A stretch of 64,000 bases of DNA, taken from the IMG/VR virus record IMGVR_UViG_3300042892_003674; one strand, given 5' to 3'. Source of the DNA: a virus (Duplodnaviria > Heunggongvirae > Uroviricota > Caudoviricetes). Under the pieces are notes generated by a model, which saw nothing but the letters and a program-made list of their open reading frames with translations, ran no database searches and was not told the DNA's origin. Of the stretch, positions 59,251 to 64,000 are shown in pieces (within the stretch, counting starts at the first letter, position 1; every line of letters begins with the position of its first letter). The position numbers and the translations under genes were made by a program.

Positions 59251-59916
59251 ATGAAACATTTAAGAGTATTTGAAAATTTTGATAAAAAAGAAGATCAGTT
59301 TGATATTGAAAATGTTATGCTTTATATGGTCAATGTACTTGACAATTATAAAGTAAACTTCTTTGATGTTGATAATAATATGATCAATTCTAATGATGAA
59401 AATATAAATGACTTTCAACTAACAAAAGATTATCATAGTGTTAGAAGAAGTAGATTTATGGTAGAGATTATGCAAGATGGTCATAATCCAATAAGTATTC
59501 ACGAGGTTGCAGAGATTTCAATTGAAATGAGTACTACTATAAAACACTTAGAAAGAGAAGGTTGGATTTTATCTAGTTATCACCTTAATCAATCTAAAGA
59601 TAGAGATACTGGTAAAGTTGTATTCTATTATATTCATTATACTTTTTCAAAAGAAGATCAAGAAATTGAACCTACTAAAAGTTTACAAGATACTATATCT
59701 ACTAATACAATATTAAGAGCATTTAAAAAAGAAGGTATTGAAATTGAAAAACAAGATATTAAACATTTAGATGATTCTATTGAAATTGAAGATTGGTACA
59801 CTGAGTATCTATCAAATAATCAAGTAGAAGATTCTCTTGATAAAATAACAGATCTTTTAGGTGCTACTGAATGGGAATGGTATCATGGAACAAATGGTAT
59901 AAGATTTCAATTTTAA
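59251..59916 (+). CDS. putative capsid-packaged protein (CTS-like N-terminus)
   Basis: Start re-called to MKHLRVFENF, after TATATA at 59238-59243. Confidence 0.75.
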   Translation: MKHLRVFENFDKKEDQFDIENVMLYMVNVLDNYKVNFFDVDNNMINSNDENINDFQLTKDYHSVRRSRFMVEIMQDGHNPISIHEVAEISIEMSTTIKHLEREGWILSSYHLNQSKDRDTGKVVFYYIHYTFSKEDQEIEPTKSLQDTISTNTILRAFKKEGIEIEKQDIKHLDDSIEIEDWYTEYLSNNQVEDSLDKITDLLGATEWEWYHGTNGIRFQF

Positions 59917-60260
59917 GAATATAAAAAGTCTTGATATTTTTCTTCATCAGTTAAATCTATCTCAATAACACAATCTTTCTTTAAAGGTGTAGTAAATACA
60001 ACACACACAGATTTCAAGTATTCTGTTTGAATTCCATTCAAAAGTTCATCTAAAATTAAATCTCTTTCATCTTCTTTAGTAAGTTTCTCACCTGTGTCGA
60101 TATAGATGTTTATCTTCCACGGGAGACGTTTATTTACAAAAGTCATAACTGACTGCTTATAAACATTTGGTTGTCTTAATTGTCTTTTAAATGTAAAAAC
60201 TGCAAAGATTACAACTCTTACAATATAATGGTGATAAACTTCATTTATATCTAATTTCAT
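59913..60260 (-). CDS. hypothetical protein with internal motif variant
   Basis: ERDLILDELL. Confidence 0.65.
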   Translation of the reverse strand: MKLDINEVYHHYIVRVVIFAVFTFKRQLRQPNVYKQSVMTFVNKRLPWKINIYIDTGEKLTKEDERDLILDELLNGIQTEYLKSVCVVFTTPLKKDCVIEIDLTDEEKYQDFLYS

Positions 60261-60290
60261 TTAATATATATAAATAAAAATACTATATCA

Positions 60291-60689
60291 ATGAATATAA
60301 AAAAATATGTTGATGAATTTATTAGTGAGTATTCTAAAAAGTATGATTTAAGATTAGGTAAATCATTCAATAAAGAAAAGGCAAATTGTTCTTGGTTTAC
60401 CGATGTTTTTTATAAGTGGGCAAGAGAAAAGGATTTACCAGTCAAGGTAATTTATTTTGATTCTGATAAAGAAGCACATATTGTACCTATTATTGATAAT
60501 AAGGTTATTGATTTCACAATCAAACAATTTACTAAAAATCCTAACGATGATTATAAGATTACAAAGCCAGGATATTATAAAAAGTATGGTTATGATAAAT
60601 TTGAAATATTAGATAAAGTACCAAACTGGATAACAATTAGAAAGGCAGATAAAATACTTGAAAGAATAAAAAGATATGATCAGTTTTAA
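60291..60689 (+). CDS. small papain/transglutaminase-like Cys-His-Asp protein
   Basis: ANCSWF...AHIV...VIDFTIKQF. Confidence 0.55.
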   Translation: MNIKKYVDEFISEYSKKYDLRLGKSFNKEKANCSWFTDVFYKWAREKDLPVKVIYFDSDKEAHIVPIIDNKVIDFTIKQFTKNPNDDYKITKPGYYKKYGYDKFEILDKVPNWITIRKADKILERIKRYDQF

Positions 60690-60690
60690 C

Positions 60691-60721
60691 AAAAAACCCA
60701 CTAAATTAGTGGGTTTTTTTT
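60691..60721. terminator. bidirectional terminator
   Basis: A6-CCCACTA-AAT-TAGTGGG-T8. Confidence 0.85.
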
Positions 60722-61313
60722 ATTCATTAGCTTTTGCTTTCATTTGTTCAATTCTATCACGTACCTGTGCAGCGATTTCATATTCCTCACTTAAAACAGC
60801 TTGTTCTAACATTTTTTCTAAGTTTTCAATAGAAGTAGCTCTTTCCGTTTCCGTTTCTTCATCATCATCATCTGTCATATCACCAGATAAATTACTTCCA
60901 TCATCATTGATTAGGACTCCGGCAGAGTTCATAACATCAGATGAAACAAAAATCGGACAATCATGTAAAGAAGCTAGTATAACACCATCACCAATAGATG
61001 ATTCAATTTCTATATCTTCTAAACCATTAGTACAAATAATTTTAGTGTAAAAAATACCTTCTGCAAGAGAGTAGATAAAGACTTCTCTTATATCAATACC
61101 AAACGCGGTTGTCATTGATAAAAACAAATCGTGTGTTAGTGGTTTGGCAGATTTAATACCTTCCAAATCTAACGCAATACGTTGAGCATCTTGTGGTTTA
61201 ATTATTACTGGTAGCTTAACTTTCCCTTTCATTTCTGAAAGAACTAGTACGTAGGAACCAATTTGGCTTTGACTATAAGATAGTCCTAAAATTTTTACTT
61301 GTCTTTTTTTCAT
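60720..61313 (-). CDS. bifunctional nuclease (DUF151/BFN) with C-terminal UVR domain
   Basis: YVLVLSE..G..KLPVII, PLTHDLF, EGIFY; LEQAVLSEEYEIAAQVRDRI. Confidence 0.85.
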   Translation of the reverse strand: MKKRQVKILGLSYSQSQIGSYVLVLSEMKGKVKLPVIIKPQDAQRIALDLEGIKSAKPLTHDLFLSMTTAFGIDIREVFIYSLAEGIFYTKIICTNGLEDIEIESSIGDGVILASLHDCPIFVSSDVMNSAGVLINDDGSNLSGDMTDDDDEETETERATSIENLEKMLEQAVLSEEYEIAAQVRDRIEQMKAKANE

Positions 61314-61330
61314 TTTTTAATGTTATACTA

Positions 61331-61684
61331 TTATTTGTTTAATATACTTGAAAGTTTAAAATGTCTTTGGTACTCTTTTATACATGCATCATTTTTCTTA
61401 ATACAATTTAACATTTCTGCATTTGATTTAATTTCTATTTTTTCTTCTATGTTTTCTTCCTTCTTTAGATGTGATGATACGTTATAGAAACTACTACTTC
61501 TATTCGGATAACCTTTTTTATCTAAATCAAAAGTTCCCTTAGATTTAATAAAATAAATTTTATCATTTTCATATAGAATTGAATAAATTCGGTCTGTTCC
61601 ATGAAATACCCACGGATATTCTTTGGCCCAATGGTTTATAACCCAACCGAATTTATATAAAAATATTGTATTTATCTCAAACAT
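61331..61684 (-). CDS. hypothetical protein with C-terminal motif
   Basis: Ends QRHFKLSSILNK. Confidence 0.65.
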   Translation of the reverse strand: MFEINTIFLYKFGWVINHWAKEYPWVFHGTDRIYSILYENDKIYFIKSKGTFDLDKKGYPNRSSSFYNVSSHLKKEENIEEKIEIKSNAEMLNCIKKNDACIKEYQRHFKLSSILNK

Positions 61685-61685
61685 A

Positions 61686-62333
61686 TTATCCTTTTAATAA
61701 CAAGTCTGCTGCTGATGTAGCAGCAAATGCCATTGGCTTTGCCCATACTCTAAACCCTAGTGCTCTTAACCAAGGTACATAACTTTTGTAAGCAATGAAT
61801 GATTTATTTCTATGACCTTTCTCATATTGAGAACTTTCAAATGGGTTGAAATCAACGTGTAAGTCAATAACTTTTGTATCCATTAAATCAACATCTGTCA
61901 TAACTAAGTTTCTAACAACTGCTTCTTCATTATGTAATTCAATGTTTGCATATTCACCTGCACTTTTTTGTAAGTGATACTTATATTTTCTTTTTTCTAA
62001 TTCAGGTAAGTCTCTCGTAACACCAACTTTCTCTAACTCGTCATTGATCCATGTACCAACATCGTGTAAAAATTGTGCTTCTTTATATAATCTCTCTTGA
62101 GTTTCTCTGATTTTTGGACATGATTCTCTAAAGAATACAACGTGTGCACCTTTTTTAACCTCGGTATCATAAATCATAACAGTTACAGCATAGATGGTTC
62201 TTCTACGAACTTGAATAGAGTCACAACCCACAGATACAACTGATCCTGGTTCTCTCTCCATAATTTCTCTTATGTATTCTACTACGTCGGGGATTTGTTC
62301 TCCACCGAACTTTTTGAATTTACTCTTGTACAT
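61686..62333 (-). CDS. RNase H-like YkuK (DUF458) family protein
   Basis: VGCDS, GAHV, RLYKEA, HVDFN, KPMAFAATSAAD. Confidence 0.85.
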   Translation of the reverse strand: MYKSKFKKFGGEQIPDVVEYIREIMEREPGSVVSVGCDSIQVRRRTIYAVTVMIYDTEVKKGAHVVFFRESCPKIRETQERLYKEAQFLHDVGTWINDELEKVGVTRDLPELEKRKYKYHLQKSAGEYANIELHNEEAVVRNLVMTDVDLMDTKVIDLHVDFNPFESSQYEKGHRNKSFIAYKSYVPWLRALGFRVWAKPMAFAATSAADLLLKG

Positions 62334-62559
62334 CTTCTACTATTGTTTTTTTAATTTTTAATATTGATTTTTGAACTATCTCTGGTGCAAAAACCATGAA
62401 ACTACCATCTTCACAAGTCAGATCAAAACTTCCGTTTGAATAAAACTGTCTCGCGATTTTAATTATATTATCATAATCTTCTTTAGATACAATAAATTTC
62501 TTACCAATAAACTCACCGAACTCATTGATAATAATCATTTGCATTTCAACTCTTCCCAT
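62320..62559 (-). CDS. hypothetical protein
   Basis: 79-aa ORF with TATATA upstream. Confidence 0.7.
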   Translation of the reverse strand: MGRVEMQMIIINEFGEFIGKKFIVSKEDYDNIIKIARQFYSNGSFDLTCEDGSFMVFAPEIVQKSILKIKKTIVEDVQE

Positions 62560-62599
62560 ATGAATTATATATAGAAATAATTGTTTGTTGTTTTTAAAT

Positions 62600-62626
62600 A
62601 AAAAAGGGTATCAAATGATACCCTTT
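62600..62626 (-). terminator. intrinsic terminator after the MoxR-like gene
   Basis: AAAGGGTATC-AAAT-GATACCCTTT. Confidence 0.8.
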
Positions 62627-62632
62627 GTCTTA

Positions 62633-63769
62633 TTACTTAGTACTACCAGGCTTGTTGATTTTCTTGATAGTTACTAACAAATCTTGGAATTGTAACAAGA
62701 AACGTTTCAATTTTGGATTTGTCACATCTGCGATATTATCTAAGATGTGTAGTAAGTAAGCAGTTTTTTCATCATCACCTACTTGGTTCAAGAACTTCAC
62801 ACAGTTGTCAAGTTGTTTGTCAGATAACTTAGTGATATCCATTTCTCTTAAACTTTGGATAAGCTCAGAGTTTTTATCACGGTTGTATTTCTTCAAATCT
62901 TCCTTAACTTTTTCAAAGTTATTAAGTACGTCCATAATGTTGATATTCATCATATCTTCACAATATGTTACGAACTTCATTGCTGAGTTTCCGATGTAAC
63001 CAGCAGCTACTTCTTTCAACAAAGGCAAGAACTCTCTTGGAGAAGAACCCATACCGTAGTTTGCTACGATGAACTCGGACATCATAGTCCAAGAACGCGG
63101 GGTTGCGTACCCTTTAGCATTGTCACTTGTTTTGTACATATGCTCTGGGTGTGTGTTGATGTAAGACACAATCATTGGGTGTACATTTTCTGTTGCGAAA
63201 TCGTCAACCCACTCTTTTACATCTAAGGTGTGGTTGATGTGTACTAAACGGTTGTTTAGAGCACTATCGAATTCTTCAACGTCTGTTCCATCTTCATCAC
63301 CTAAGTTACCAGAAGACATCATAAGAACGTTTTCATTGAAACGGAAATCTGTACCGATTTGACGCTCTAACAAAATTTGAAGAGCCGCGTTACGAACTTG
63401 TTGAGAAGCTCTATTCAACTCTTCAAAGTGAATGATTGTTGGCTGTTTGTTAGCTTCGATAGCCCAACGAGGAACTACGAAATCTAAACATTTCACCATT
63501 TTACCATCAACCTCAATTTCTGTTACGTTCGGATACAAACCAACGTCAGTTTCGTCAACCATAGACAAACGAATGTCCATATATCTAAATCCCATTTTGT
63601 CTGCGATTGAACGACCAATCGCAGATTTTGCGATACCTGGTTTAGAGGTAATATTAAGAACACCGTACTTTGCCCACATAATGGCCATATACTTTCTCTC
63701 TTTTAAAGTTAGTAATGCTAACTTGTCAACCATTGTCTCAGGCATCAACTTTGAATTCTTGTCTGTCAT
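62633..63769 (-). CDS. MoxR/AAA_5-like ATPase
   Basis: SKPGIAKS (variant Walker A), DIRLS, IIHFEELNRA, SGN, ALNNRL, TPRSW; TACATTTG promoter element at 63803-63810. Confidence 0.85.
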   Translation of the reverse strand: MTDKNSKLMPETMVDKLALLTLKERKYMAIMWAKYGVLNITSKPGIAKSAIGRSIADKMGFRYMDIRLSMVDETDVGLYPNVTEIEVDGKMVKCLDFVVPRWAIEANKQPTIIHFEELNRASQQVRNAALQILLERQIGTDFRFNENVLMMSSGNLGDEDGTDVEEFDSALNNRLVHINHTLDVKEWVDDFATENVHPMIVSYINTHPEHMYKTSDNAKGYATPRSWTMMSEFIVANYGMGSSPREFLPLLKEVAAGYIGNSAMKFVTYCEDMMNINIMDVLNNFEKVKEDLKKYNRDKNSELIQSLREMDITKLSDKQLDNCVKFLNQVGDDEKTAYLLHILDNIADVTNPKLKRFLLQFQDLLVTIKKINKPGSTK

Positions 63770-63841
63770 ATTGAATTATTTATTTTTTATATTTTATTTC
63801 TACAAATGTATAACTTTTTTTTGAATAAAAAAGTCTTTTTA

Positions 63842-64000
63842 TTAAATTTTTTCGTTTCTTAATTTTGTACCTAGTTCAAAATCATTTGGTGTTTCTGCAA
63901 TTATTTTGGCTATTCTACCATCAACCGTCAGTTTACGTGCTTCACGTCCAAACTCCATATCGTTTGGATATTTATCTTTAAGCTCATTTAGCTTATAACA
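63842..64000 (-). CDS. 3' end of a small protein with a duplicated PNDxExG motif (partial)
   Basis: ...KYPNDMEFGREAR...TPNDFELGTKLRNEKI*. Confidence 0.6.
   Translation of the reverse strand, partial: CYKLNELKDKYPNDMEFGREARKLTVDGRIAKIIAETPNDFELGTKLRNEKI

Noticed and set aside
455-63824. Short antisense or overlapping ORFs in the track (e.g. 455, 994, 6232, 7001, 7044, 7340, 8222, 11796, 14282, 14909, 14949, 21727, 22706, 27233, 27848, 29010, 33514, 35214, 43460, 46438, 48442, 50091, 51358, 51979, 52855, 53022, 54158, 57037, 57957, 58352, 60676, 61299, 62805, 63432)
   Set aside because: Each lies largely within a better-supported gene and has the composition typical of a shadow ORF.
1-64000. 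Alternative genetic code (stop-codon reassignment), as seen in some large phages
   Set aside because: Code 11 gives near-complete coding density with intact long genes; TAG and TGA serve as real stops followed by terminators or coupled starts.
1-64000. Eukaryotic giant virus or bacterial chromosome origin
   Set aside because: The gp6-like baseplate gene, bacterial promoters and terminators, coupled operons and absence of housekeeping operons indicate a tailed phage.

Overview
AT-rich, densely coding 64-kb segment of a large (jumbo-type) tailed phage with T4-superfamily features, including a gp6-like baseplate wedge, Gly-Ser-Ser fibre proteins and many proteins with a T4 capsid-targeting-like N-terminus. 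The host is probably a member of Bacteroidota: TAnnTTTG promoters recur, Shine-Dalgarno sites are not evident, and there are Hc1-, Skp- and BFN-like genes. The standard genetic code fits. I saw no tRNA, rRNA, CRISPR array or IS element. Genes lie in short units that often switch strand and are separated by bidirectional terminators. Recognisable products include three AAA+ ATPases, a Dam-type methylase, Prs, Gmk, two MazG-like proteins, two nucleotidyltransferases, an ATP-grasp enzyme, glycosyl-, acetyl- and methyltransferases, a J-domain protein, a Skp-like protein and several nucleases. The strongest unexplained signals span the whole window. (1) About 14 unrelated small proteins share a short, mostly C-terminal helix, R-[DEN]-x-K-[IL]-x-x-[IL]-[IL]. 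(2) A separate, non-overlapping set of about 14-20 proteins shares an N-terminal M-K-Y-L-K-x-[FY]-[END] tag resembling the T4 capsid targeting sequence. (3) A palindromic TATATA box lies exactly 4 nt before the ATG of 10 genes, which suggests leaderless late mRNAs. Together these point to a two-tag protein-addressing system. All family calls come from motif recognition by eye and were not checked by database search.
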